Part shown: positions 12,046 through 23,369 of the stretch, piece by piece | Numbering within the stretch: the first letter of the stretch is position 1 | Layout: each line of letters opens with the position of its first letter | Origin: Octopus bimaculoides | Taxonomy: Eukaryota | Assembly: GCF_001194135.2 (NCBI RefSeq) | Contig: NC_068995.1 | Span: forward strand, 34,361,123 to 34,398,498 | Reading direction: 5' to 3' | Length of the DNA: 37,376 nt | Position numbers and translations under genes: made by a program | The notes under the pieces: model-generated | What the model was told of the DNA's origin: nothing | Databases searched by the model: none | What the model saw: the letters and a program-made list of their open reading frames with translations, nothing else

Positions 12046-12927
12046 ATAAATAAATTAAGCTTGTACGAAACGTACGTACTGCTATAGCCTAATACATTTT
12101 TGTTGCTTTTCTTCAAAGGTCTATAGTAGACTCCTTATGGNNNNNNNNNNNNNNNNNNNNNNNNNNNNNNNNNNNNNNNNNNNNNNNNNNNNNNNNNNNN
12201 NNNNNNNNNNNNNNNNNNNNNNNNNNNNNNNNNNNNNNNNNNNNNNNNNNNNNNNNNNNNNNNNNNNNNNNNNNNNNNNNNNNNNNNNNNNNNNNNNNNN
12301 NNNNNNNNNNNNNNNNNNNNNNNNNNNNNNNNNNNNNNNNNNNNNNNNNNNNNNNNNNNNNNNNNNNNNNNATATATATATATATATATATATATTGATA
12401 GCTAGATAAATACATACATGTACATTATATGGAGAGAGAGAGAGAGTGAGAGAGAGAGAGAGAGAGTGAGAGAGAGAGAGAGAGAGAAATAGTTAAAGAT
12501 AGAGCTATAATAATTGAGAAAAAAATTACAGAAATACAAGAATCGTTAGTAATATTTATCCGTGTTCTCTCTCTCTCTCTTTCCATTAACGTCTTATCAC
12601 TGTCTGTCTATGTATTTATAGAAATGTAATTAAAAAGTTGGTTTGATTATTTATGGTGGTTTTAATCATAGCAAGTTTTCATGTGAAAACGTAAAAAGTA
12701 TTTCAGATTAGCTGACAACATTCTCGAGCAAGCAAGGGACAAACCCGAGCGTTTATGATAATTAGGTTCCATCAGACGGATTGACCTTCGCAATTGGTTT
12801 CTGGCGCTGTAGAATCTATGATGTGGTATAGAATATTGACAAAAAAAAAATCGAATAGTGTCGAGAAACGAGATTAATAAACAATAATTACAAATATCAT
12901 CACTAAAATCATTAAAAAAGTCACTAA

Positions 12928-13114
12928 CAGGAGCACGCATGTCTGGGTGGTAAGAAATTTGTTTCTAACCACGTGGTGCTGGGGTCAGTCTCACTGCGTG
13001 GCATATTGTGATCGGATGTGGTAGATGGAAACTGAAGGAAACCTGCTATATACATACAATCATACATACACACACACATATACGCAGGCACACACACTCA
13101 CATACATACATACA

Positions 13115-13149
<35 letters not shown>

Positions 13150-13150
13150 G
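12928..13150 (+). mobile_element. SINE family 2 with internal deletion and (TACA)n tail
   Basis: gggtggtaagaa..aaccacgtggtgctggggtcagtctcactgcgtggca / ggtagatggaaactgaagg aligns to 3506-3672 with about 45 bp missing. Confidence 0.7.
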
Positions 13151-13216
13151 AGACTTCTTCCATCTTACTTGAGTCTCAATCTAAAACACGCTGTTAGTTG
13201 TTCTATGAATGAGTAT

Positions 13217-13325
13217 CTCGCTTAAAAAACTATGTACTGGCTGGAATTGTTTAACTAAACCCGTCAAGGGGTGCCCTAGCATGGCCTCAGTCAATATACT
13301 GAAACAAGTAAAAGACGAAAGATAA
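13217..13325 (+). mobile_element. Probable SINE 3' tail fragment
   Basis: cccgtcaaggggtgccctagcatggcctcagtcaatatactgaaacaagtaaaagacgaaagataaa resembles a recalled cephalopod SINE tail. There is no second copy in the window. Confidence 0.45.
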
Positions 13326-14493
13326 ATAAAGTCATAAAGAAATAAAAAGAAAGTGTTGAAAGAGAATTTCATGGAACTGAATGAGTATGCTCCGGGCACG
13401 TAGACTTTTAATGTAATACTCAAGCATAATCTGTATAACACATCCTATTTGACGATATTCCATACAGTTTCCTTTTAAGCATATCCATTTCTGAAGCTTG
13501 TGTTGAGTCAAGGCAGTCAAGGCTTTGGTAAAAGACGAGTTTGAGTCACAAATCAAACGGAAGAAGGCCGATTTCAAAACACCGAAAAAAATATCAACAG
13601 TCTGGGAGATCGAAAATTCATTATACCAAGCGCAATAATATCGCATGATCAAAACTCTGAATTTTAAAATATTTTAGTGAGAAATATTAAAAAACGATCT
13701 TATAAGAAATATAATTACAGTTTTAAAGGGAATCGCTTGGAAAACTTCTAATATTCTTCCTGTAAGAATAATCAAAAGTGTTTTGTAGGAATCCGATATC
13801 GAAAACATAATGGAAAAAATAAACATTTGGAAATCTTTTGTTTTAAGTCTCATCCAGATAATAAAAGAAAGAATTCAGTAAAATTCCACATTAGCCTCTG
13901 ACTAAAAGCCATCAATAAAATGAAACTGAAAGTAGCTTTTAATGCCAAATTGAAAATTTGTTTCAGAATAACTATGCATTAAAGAGATACATGGAAGCTT
14001 GAAACCGTAAAGATCAGTGAGAATCTTTGAGAACATACCATTTACATTCTTTAAAGGAATTACATTCTCCAGGATATTTCTATCATAACGATTGACATTA
14101 TAATTTCCATAATTGTTTTGCATCGGTGGAGTTAATTAATAGTTTCAGGATGTGATGGAATGAACCAATATGTTTGGCGTATTACCAAATATTGGATATG
14201 TTATACGGTATATACAAGAATTCTCGAAGCATTGGAAAGTTTCTTTTCTCTCTGGATATCATAACCTACTACCTCACCTTGAATGTGGAAACTAAAGAAA
14301 TATTTCCCTGCTATCGTCTGCCAGGAAGATCCAGTCTCGTTTACTGCTGAATCTGCTCAACTCGCTTGTCGGAGTCTAACTGTATGTTTCGTATTGAATG
14401 AAACACAAGTGGTATAATTTCTCTCGTCATACACCTTCAAAATATGGCAAGGAAGCAACGGATAGCAAACTTTATCTTCTATGATTAGGTTAT

Positions 14494-14549
14494 AGCCTAA
14501 GTATAGTATTGATTTCTGACAAAGCCTAAATATAGTATTGATTTCTAAC
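14494..14549. repeat. 29-bp imperfect tandem duplication
   Basis: agcctaagtatagtattgatttctgac / agcctaaatatagtattgatttctaac. Confidence 0.85.
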
Positions 14550-14584
14550 TTACACACAAGCCGTCACATTCAGAAGAGCGAATG

Positions 14585-14700
14585 TTACATCAACCCCAGT
14601 ATTTAACTTGTGCTTTAATTTATCCAGTCCCCTCTCCCACAAAAAAAAAAAAAAAAAAATGAAGGTTGACTGATCCGAATTTGAACTCAAATGTAAAGTG
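14585..14700 (-). mobile_element. Decayed SINE family 1 core interrupted by a poly-A
   Basis: catcaaccccagtatttaacttgtgctttaatttatc ... gaaggttgactgatccgaatttgaactca. Confidence 0.5.
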
Positions 14701-15516
14701 AGGTACCATATACGAGAAGAAACTTTGCACTTCACAACAACATGAAACGGCTTAATATTTATAGAACGAAGTTACAAAAGATAAGGAAAATAAATAGGTT
14801 TTCATTAATAACGAGATTTCCAATTGTTATACGAATATATTCTAAGCTTGCTTGGATTAAATCCTCCCACAGACTTTGGTGGTATTTTGTCAGGTAGACA
14901 CAATTGTTGCGCGTTCCTCAGGCATAGTTATTGATTATATGAACAAAAAAGGAATTTCTTTTTCAGAGGACTATAGAATGGTGGTTGTTGCTTGGAAACA
15001 AATAAAAATCACGTATATATATATATATATNNNNNNNNNNNNNNNNNNNNNNNNNNNNNNNNNNNNNNNNNNNNNNNNNNNNNNNNNNNNNNNNNNNNNN
15101 NNNNNNNNNNNNNNNNNNNNNNNNNNNNNNNNNNNNNNNNNNNNNNNNNNNNNNNNNNNNNNNNNNNNNNNNNNNNNNNNNNNNNNNNNNNNNNNNNNNN
15201 NNNNNNNNNNNNNNNNNNNNNNNNNNNNNNNNNNNNNNNNNNNNNNNNNNNNNNNNNNNNNNNNNNNNNNNNNNNNNNNNNNNNNNNNNNNNNNNNNNNN
15301 NNNNNNNNNNNNNNNNNNNNNNNNNNNNNNNNNNNNNNNNNNNNNNNNNNNNNNNNNNNNNNNNNNNNNNNNNNNNNNNNNNNNNNNNNNNNNNNNNNNN
15401 NNNNNNNNNNNNNNNNNNNNNNNNNNNNNNNNNNNNNNNNNNNNNNNNNNNNNNNNNNNNNNNNNNNNNNNNNNNNNNNNNNNNNNNNNNNNNNNNNNNN
15501 NNNNNNNNNNNNNNNN

Positions 15517-15571
<55 letters not shown>

Positions 15572-15849
15572 CAAACGTACGTACTACGTACATACATATA
15601 TAGTGTCTGTATGTATGTGTGAGCTCACTTTATTACATATAGACACAGTATGTATCCATCAAAATAAGGTATTTGAATAGACATACTCTGAAATCAAGAT
15701 TTGTGACTTTATCGTAATTGAGTACCCAGAGGTTATTCTGTATATTTTACTAACAGTCAAGCATTTTCAATCGAGTTATTCTGGCTCTTTATTCTCCTTA
15801 TCTGTCATTTCAGAAGTAATTTTTAACTTCGACGATTTATATTTACAAT

Positions 15850-16517
15850 TTACTCCTACCCACCTCTCCTCTCTTGCTTTGACACTTACTTCCTCTCTTC
15901 ACTCCTACTCGCCTTCTCCCTTCATTGATACCCTCCACCCACACCCCACTCCACACATCCCACATACCCTACCTCTATCCCCACATCCTCACCCAACCTC
16001 CAATTTCTCACCCGAAGCCCACTCCCCACATCACATCCTCACACAACATCACACCACTCCGCACACACTAGCACTAACCACTTCCTAGCACCTACACCAT
16101 CATCCACATACCTACACATTACAGACGCACTCACTTGCACACGCGCACATCTATACGTCAAAGTTACCAGCCCCTATCCACACGCACATACTTACAAACT
16201 CTCACATACACCCACCCACGATTCCTTCGTTTTGGGATCACTAGTACTTTATTATCTCCCCTTCTTCCTAGCTCTCATGTCTAACTACCTTTATCCAACT
16301 AGTCGCCATGATTGGTCGCTAACTCCACAAGTTTTTCTTTTATTATCTCTGTTTATTTCCCCGTGTTCTTTTCTGTTGAAGAGCTTAGGCTCAAAACGTA
16401 AAAGACTTTCTCACCTTCTCGAGCGTCAAACTAATACCCTGACTTGTTTTTATACACCTGTCTTCGTCTTTTGTTTTTCTGTAAATTTCAACTGTATATA
16501 TATATATATATATATAT
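15850..16517 (+). mobile_element. Probable Penelope-like non-coding end (C/A-rich tract plus pseudo-LTR-like segment ending in (TA)n)
   Basis: Strongly C-rich tract at 15850-16230, a decayed hammerhead-like motif ttgaa-GAGC ttag GCTC-aaaacgta (16376-16400), a T-rich stretch, then (TA)n from 16495. The layout matches the other Penelope ends in this window. Confidence 0.4.
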
Positions 16518-16545
16518 AACACATACGTATAGGCATATATACATT

Positions 16546-17519
16546 CTCTCCTCTCTTCTTCTTAATCCTTTTTGCTCCTTGTGGTGCATAGGACCTCAAC
16601 AGTTATTTTCCACTTTTTGCGGTCATTGGCGTGTTTCTGGGCTGCTTCCCATATCAGGCTGGTGGTCCTGAGCTCGTCCAAAATGCTCCACTTGCACTTC
16701 TGCTTCGGGCGTCCTCGCTTCCTTTTCCCCTGCGGGTTCCAGTCAAGTGCTTGTCGTGTCACATTTGAAGGTTGTGTACGATCCATCGCCATTTCCTTCG
16801 TCTAATCTGAACATGTATGGGCTCCTGGTTGGCCCTTTCCCATAGGTCGGTATTTGGCACACTGTCGAACCACTTCAGAAGGAGGATCTGCCGGAGACAT
16901 TTGTTGATGAAGGTCTAAATATTCTTGTAGTTGCTGCAGGTGGATCTCCATGTTTCAGAGCCATACAAAAGCACAGATTTTACGTTTGAACTAAATAAGC
17001 GGAGTTTAGCTCGAGTTGAGATAGTAGCGGACTTCCATACCGGCCAAAGAATAGTGAAGGCTTGCCAAGCCCTTTTGCTTCTTGCAGTGATGTCCTCGTC
17101 TGATCTACTTGATTTGCTGATCTTGCTGCCAAGATAGACAAACTCACTAACGTCCTCCACAGGTGTCCCCTCAATTGTGATTGGCTCTTCCTGCTTGTTG
17201 TTGATACGCAGTACTTTTGTCTTTTCCTGGCTGATCCTCAAGCCCACTCGCTGTGAAGTTTCTCTCATGTGGTCTACCTTATCTTGCATATCTTGCAGGC
17301 GATGTGACAGTAGCGCGAGATCATCTGCGTAGTCCAAGTCCTCCAGATCGTTCATCAGTGTCCACTGAATACCTTTCCCGGAGGTAGCGTAGGCCGTCCT
17401 AGTGACCCAGTCCAGCACGGTGAGGAACAGGAGCGGTGACAACAAACAGCCCTGTCTGACTCCCGTGCTGACCCTGAATTCCTCTCTCAATCTCCCAGCA
17501 TGGATGACCTGGCAAGAAA
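16546..17519 (-). mobile_element. RTE-clade LINE, 3' part; 5' end lost in the gap
   Basis: RT motifs GVRQGCLLSP and YADD, FVYLGS and VLLYGSETW, then TFINKCLRQIL..QEPIHVQIRRRKWRWI and ITRQALDWNPQGKRKRGRPK-type ..LCTTRSKKD*, followed by a short GAA/GA-type tail (16546-16561). Confidence 0.93.
16562..17519 (-). pseudogene. RTE reverse transcriptase pseudogene fragment
   Basis: ORF 16915-17490 is ended by a premature TAG (16915-16917); there is a frameshift near 16772-16778; the C-terminal ORF is 16562-16792. Confidence 0.9.
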
Positions 17520-18305
17520 NNNNNNNNNNNNNNNNNNNNNNNNNNNNNNNNNNNNNNNNNNNNNNNNNNNNNNNNNNNNNNNNNNNNNNNNNNNNNNNNN
17601 NNNNNNNNNNNNNNNNNNNNNNNNNNNNNNNNNNNNNNNNNNNNNNNNNNNNNNNNNNNNNNNNNNNNNNNNNNNNNNNNNNNNNNNNNNNNNNNNNNNN
17701 NNNNNNNNNNNNNNNNNNNNNNNNNNNNNNNNNNNNNNNNNNNNNNNNNNNNNNNNGTTGGGTGCATGTCTTCTTTCACTGTTTGTGACTGTTCTAATTC
17801 AACTGTGGAATGTCCCTCGCTATGGTTATTTTCCAGGAGGTTCTGGCCACACGTCTACGGTTCATCAACCCGCGTTGTTGAATTACTTTCTTCTGACATA
17901 CCTTCCCTTGGTGGATTAGGATCCAGTTAGCTCAAGACATCATCAGGATGTATACATATATACATAGATATATATATGTATAAATATATATATACACATA
18001 ACTATTTATATATACTTAGGCACATACACACTCACATAATTTACGTAAGTACAAACACGTTCACACACAGACACATATATATGTATCATCTAATTGTCTG
18101 AATGTTTTCTTGTCGCCTGTTACGTTCTTGTTCCATTTTTTATTTTGATTTTTTATATACACATATAGCGTTGTACGTACAGTTTTGGTTTCCTGTATGT
18201 AAGTACATATATATCTAAATTCTGTACGACTCTTACTCTTTCCTTTAGCCCCTTTCACACCTTCTTCGTTCTTTCCACTTTTCTTTTTCTCGCTCCCACC
18301 CTCTC

Positions 18306-18607
18306 TTGGTCAAACGGGACGCCGCTTGGCTGACCGGCTCGCGGATCATCTCCAAGACAGACTCGGCAATGACTCCCCGGTCTCGCGCCATTTCCCGTCT
18401 ACCGGCCATGCATTACAAAACCTGTCTGTGTTCGGATTCTCTTTGCACATGGGCCATTCGGACTCCTGCCTTCGCCAGATTAGAGCAGTCTCCAGATTAA
18501 CCGGCCGAAACTGCAAAGACGATCTACTTCTCGACTGATGATTGAAAGCTCCGAATGACCTGTCCTTGTTTTTTCATGTACTGTTTTGTATCATCACTTA
18601 TATATAT
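18306..18607 (+). mobile_element. Penelope-like element 3' fragment (GIY-YIG endonuclease remnant plus pseudo-LTR)
   Basis: Reads GQTGRRLADRLADHLQD..NDSPVSRHFPSTGHALQNLSVFG, the YIG-Q-T-G-R..R..EH..HF segment of PLE GIY-YIG domains. It is followed by ctcgactgatga..ctccgaatgacctgtcctt and (TA)n at 18599-18607. Confidence 0.8.
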
Positions 18608-18705
18608 GTAGGAATACAAAAAAATGGGACAAGAACGCAAAACATCCAGACAGTTAGATGAAGGACGGGTCATTCGGAGTTTTCTTTCCTCAGTCGAGTT
18701 CCATG
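18608..18705 (-). mobile_element. Inverted Penelope-like pseudo-LTR fragment
   Basis: 18661-18698 is the reverse complement of 18530-18568 (ctcgactga..ctccgaatgacc(c/t)gtcctt). Confidence 0.65.
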
Positions 18706-19127
18706 CGCCTACGTATGCAGATGTATGTGCGTATGTATATGTATGTATGTATGTNNNNNNNNNNNNNNNNNNNNNNNNNNNNNNNNNNNNNNNNNNNNNN
18801 NNNNNNNNNNNNNNNNNNNNNNNNNNNNNNNNNNNNNNNNNNNNNNNNNNNNNNNNNNNNNNNNNNNNNNNNNNNNNNNNNNNNNNNNNNNNNNNNNNNN
18901 NNNNNNNNNNNNNNNNNNNNNNNNNNNNNNNNNNNNNNNNNNNNNNNNNNNNNNNNNNNNNNNNNNNNNNNNNNNNNNNNNNNNNNNNNNNNNNNNNNNN
19001 NNNNTATATATATGTTGTTGTACTTGGGGATGGTCATATTGCCAGTTTAGCCAATAAAAACACACGCACTGTATATTTGGTGTTAATTTGCTTCAGCTTT
19101 ATATTACATTAATCTTAATCTTATTTC

Positions 19128-19172
19128 GGCCAGAGTTCTTTCGTCACACTTCTGTGACCTCATCAGTGGTCC
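19128..19172 (-). ncRNA. Minimal type I hammerhead ribozyme motif (Penelope-associated type)
   Basis: Minus strand GGACCA-CUGAUGA-G-GUCACA(GAAG)UGUGAC-GAAA-GAAC-UC-UGGCC. All core nucleotides are present, stem II is a perfect 6 bp, stem I is GG(A)CCA/UGGCC, and stem III is only 2 bp. Activity is not demonstrated. Confidence 0.7.
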
Positions 19173-19189
19173 TTTGTTTCCTTCCTTCT

Positions 19190-19264
19190 TATGTGTGTCT
19201 CACCTTGCTAACTATCAGCCATTTTGACAAAATGGCTGATAGTTAGCAAGGTGAGACACACATA
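19190..19264. repeat. Perfect 75-bp palindrome (37-bp arms, 1-nt centre)
   Basis: tatgtgtgtctcaccttgctaactatcagccattttg-a-caaaatggctgatagttagcaaggtgagacacacata, checked base by base. Confidence 0.97.
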
Positions 19265-20110
19265 TACGTACACGTGTGCATGCGTATACCAATATACACT
19301 TCTTTCTTTCTCTCTGATTCCTCTTCCCACACTATCACATTAGCCAGTAGAATAAACACATAAGTCTATTTATAGAAACTTGACCATTCTTAGTATTCTT
19401 CCCTTCCGTTTTGTGGTTTACTACTCAAGTTAGAAAACCCCTTTCCTATACCTATTTCTGTACCCAGCCCTTAATGCCATTCTAATATACCACCCCACCT
19501 CACACATATTCATTACTTACATTCTTCTCTACTCCTACATACACACATACATATAAATTCACATCATATGTGTGTCAAATTTCTACAAGTTAAGCATGTA
19601 AAAGGGCGCAGTTAATCCTAAAATTAAGCAAAGTCATCAAATATAAGCAATCATTTTAAGAAAGTAGATACTATGCTATATGTTCTTGATATTTTTATAT
19701 GAATCTCAAAATAATATATTTACATTGCGAACGTTAATTATTAAACAATCTATTTTACAGAGTATAATGCCTAGACAGTAGTCAATCTGGAAAGCAGCAT
19801 TGAATTTTACATAAGTAAAGGAATAATAATACCACGATAATTTTAGAAAGTGAATCTATTTCTATGCTCAACAGCGGTTAAGCTTCGAGCATACCATTTG
19901 ATAGCATGAAACGTTATCGTTCTACTATTTTTAACTAAACGCGGCGCATTTGGAACTGTCTTGACTAAATGACAGGGTTAAAAGGTATTTCTAAGCTAAG
20001 AACAAATACAATTATGCGGTTGCGTGCAATGAATATTTATAAAGGATACAGAAACAGTAAAGCAGACATTTCTTACACGACTTTCTAAAAGATCGACGTG
20101 AATTTGAATT

Positions 20111-20270
20111 TACGAAGGTGTGCTGAAAAGTTCTTGGCTTTGGGTAAATGAAAATAGGAAGATCAGTTAATTATGATTTTATTCAACATATTCCCCTCTC
20201 AGATTCACACACTTACTGCAGCGGTCCTTCATTTTTTTTAAGCACTGTAAAAGAACTCGAAAGTTTAGGA
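20111..20270 (-). mobile_element. Mariner right-end fragment
   Basis: TA + cgaaggtgtgctgaaaagttc TIR-like start. The minus strand encodes ..KDRCSKCVNLRGEYVE* (stop at 20179-20181), the canonical mariner C-terminus. Confidence 0.8.
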
Positions 20271-20279
20271 AATACGACA

Positions 20280-21980
20280 GTATTTGCTAAAGTTCTTGTT
20301 TGTTCAAAAGTACACGATTGGAAATTTTATTCAGCAATCTATCCTCCTTAGGTTTTTTGAAATGATGTGGACCTTCGGGTGTAAGAAAATTGTTCACCAA
20401 TACTAGTGGCAATCTGGTTACTCATTCGACGAATCACCACGTAGAGGTTCACTGGATCATGAATAATTTCACCTTCATTGGGTTCACCAGGAATTCGTTT
20501 CTGCCTTGATGTTAATATTTTCCTGGAATCACACTCTGTTACAAATTCACTTTCAGCATCATCAGACGTATGATTCGCTTTATTGATGAAATTTCATGGC
20601 GTTGTAATGTTTTATTCAAATTGCCGATGATTTAAAAAAAAAAGATTCGCCCCTCTTAATATACGAATTTTTGGCCGCAATAAAGTTAGAATTGTCAAAA
20701 ATATGTTTCTTGCATGCAGCTTGTAAGAAGAATGCAGTTAGCACCAAATTTAAGGGACTTAGCAACCTGAATCTTGATGGCGCAGAAGAATTAGAACAAT
20801 TCAAAAGTATAAAACAATACGCTTAACAGCCATGAGTTCATTTGCAGATTTCTCCAGTCTTCTGCAAGTGCTTCAGTTTGGTTAGCGAAACATCTCTCCA
20901 GATATTGCTTTATTGCGAAAAGAATTCCAACATAGATTGAAGTAGTTCTAGAAACATCTTGACGAATAGAATATTTTGGATCATGTCTGTTGCTATGAAA
21001 TTAAGAACATAGGTATAACACCAAATATAAAGGGATTGTGGAACTTCACTTCTTTTATATTTTCCCATACCACTATATAATCAGCTCCATCGAACGATAA
21101 GTTTTCGATGGTTTTGAATTTTGACACACTACATTACAGTATACACTCTAGTTGTTGGTATAATCCATATCCAACGCAAACATTTTTTTTTACCTCATAA
21201 AAACAAACATAACGCGAAATAATTTCTGGTAAATAATTGCTTAGTCTCGAGTACTGGCCATTTGAACAGAACAGTTTTGTTTTTACATTTCCATTAGATT
21301 CTTCTCATAACCTTCACAGATACCAACGACTTTATATGTTTTGCGAAAGGTACGTTAAACTCGGAATAAGGTAACAGTCATTTAAATGTTCCCTGTATTG
21401 TAGTTATTGTTTATCCAAGATATTCCCCACAGATAATATGCATTCCAGACCTTCAATATTTTCCATAATCTGCATCCGTCTTAAAATGGCGATTTCTTTT
21501 ATCTGCCATATTTTGTTCTTCATAAAATATATCAGAACTCCTGTATTGTGCAATTTGATGTCACATGCTGAAAAATTCTTTCATAAATAAGTTTTGTAAA
21601 ACCAGTTGAAAATGCTGTTTCTGTGTCGTAAAAGGTATGACAAACCTTTTAGCAAATAGCCTCAACTACTTTCTTTTCCACAATTACAGTAAGCCTATTT
21701 CGTAAAATGCTATGTTCAGTGATTTTGTGTTTATAAATGCGTTTTGAAATAAAAACCAGAAAATTCTTTAAAAGTTGGCTGTATTGTTGTTGAACATACT
21801 GTCTTCTGCTTACAAAGAGTACAGCTGCAGGCCAGAAACATGTTTTGGACAATTTTAACTTTATTGTGACGCAAAATGCATTGAATTTAATATATAACGA
21901 GTATAGAACCTTAAAAAAGATTAAGCGCAAAAAAGCTGAAATCTCGAAAATACAAATAAAACTAAAAGGAAATATCTTCA
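20280..21980 (-). pseudogene. Decayed hAT transposase (ZMYM1/Tip100-like, TTF-type zinc finger)
   Basis: Motifs are collinear across frameshifts: IC*KVCHTF..TAFSTGF..IYERIFQHVTS (about 21670-21560), SVQMASTRD..IISRYV, SFDGA (about 21098-21084), SLYIWCYTYVLNF (WCYAHVLNL-like, about 21030-20998), QSMLEFFSQ*SNIW..KLKHLQKTGE, RQKRIPGEPNEGEIIHDP (about 20500-20455). Boundaries are approximate. Confidence 0.72.
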
Positions 21981-22080
21981 CTTAAAATTATTGAATTCTG
22001 TCTCAGTGGGTTTAAAGCATTTCCAAAGAATTAAAATGGGCATTGATTTCAAGTATAATCTCCAATGCTTCACAACTATT

Positions 22081-22210
22081 TATTTTATAGACATCGGAAG
22101 GATGAAAGGCGAATATACCGGGATGGAATTTGAACCTAGTATCTAAAATGATGGAACTAGGTATCAAATTTTGTCCGATGCTTTGCCTAGTCTACCAACT
22201 TTCCCACCGC
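22081..22210 (-). mobile_element. Highly decayed SINE family 1
   Basis: tattttatagacatcggaaggatgaaaggc..ggaatttgaacc..ccaactttcccaccgc. Confidence 0.55.
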
Positions 22211-23369
22211 GTCTAACAGTGCTGGCATAATATAGTTCTTCTGTACCAGTTAACGCAGTTCTTCTGTATTATTTGTCTTATTTGTCTGCATACTCTCCTT
22301 ATCTAGATTTTAAATGGTAAACAACGCTGCTTGTTTAACAATTAATCCTAGAATGAACGGTAATTGTAAGATCTGTGTCACAGCATACGCTGGTTAGACG
22401 TTTAGCAGAGAGAATGCAAAAAACATTGGAGTGAATACAGTGATAAGAAACATACTACGACACTCTATTAACATGCGTAGGATAAGCGTAACAGAATGCT
22501 GAACAACATAAATATGAAATCCTTTCGATACACGTATAGGATGCATCTTTACGCAAATGAGAAAGACTAATAAATGAGGGGATACCTCGCTTAAGGAAAA
22601 TAAGTTTAATATATAGAGGCCACACTACTACTGCCACCATGCTATAGTTTTAAGCACACAACTAGTATGCATATGCAGGACTATATACTTGGCGTGCGTA
22701 GGCGATATGAAGTTGAACCCGCATCATACTCCTTATTTCTTTGAATTATTGAAATAAAGAGAAAGCGAAATGTCAGTAAATTGTAATTCTCTCGGTACCG
22801 TCCCATAAACAAGCAACACGGTTGGTTAGTATACGCGCATACACGCACTTAGATGTCCACTCTCACACACACACCATCCAGTCAAAGCGACAAGACCAAC
22901 TGATAAATGATACAAAGAAATAAACATTTTACCCTCCACAACCATAGACGCGCACACACAAATAAACATGCACACACGTCGAGTAAGACACATATTCTCT
23001 CTTCCGAAATCACTCAAAAAAGCCAACTGCACCATACGATCACGCATACACACACTCCCCAGAAGGCTCACACGCATGAACACACACACACATATATATA
23101 CACACACGAACACAAACTCAAACACTCTTCTTGTTCTCTGTCCCTCTCCTTCTCCCGTCCATTTCCTCTCACATTCTAACACACATTTTTATAGAGCCTA
23201 AAACTAAGAGACGGACAGAAGGGCTTGGAGTTGATCTGGTTCAGGGAGGGTGAGTCATTGAAGAGGTCATGAATAGCAACGAAAGGACCTTGACAAACAT
23301 AATTGATTGATTAACCTAATGATCAATCAATTATTCCGTTGGTTAAATAGTTATCGAATTACTGAATAT

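Noticed and set aside
17757-17950. Sequence right of the gap as a continuation of the RTE ORF
   Set aside because: The minus translation (DPNPPREGMSEESNS..) shows no RT or endonuclease motifs; left unassigned.
20545-20562. Minus-strand CTGATGA-tgct-GAAA hammerhead-like match
   Set aside because: No stem II, I or III, and it lies within hAT coding sequence (TSDDAES); a chance match.
22826-23201. Overlapping ORFs on both strands in a CA-rich region
   Set aside because: Degenerate (CA)n low-complexity sequence.
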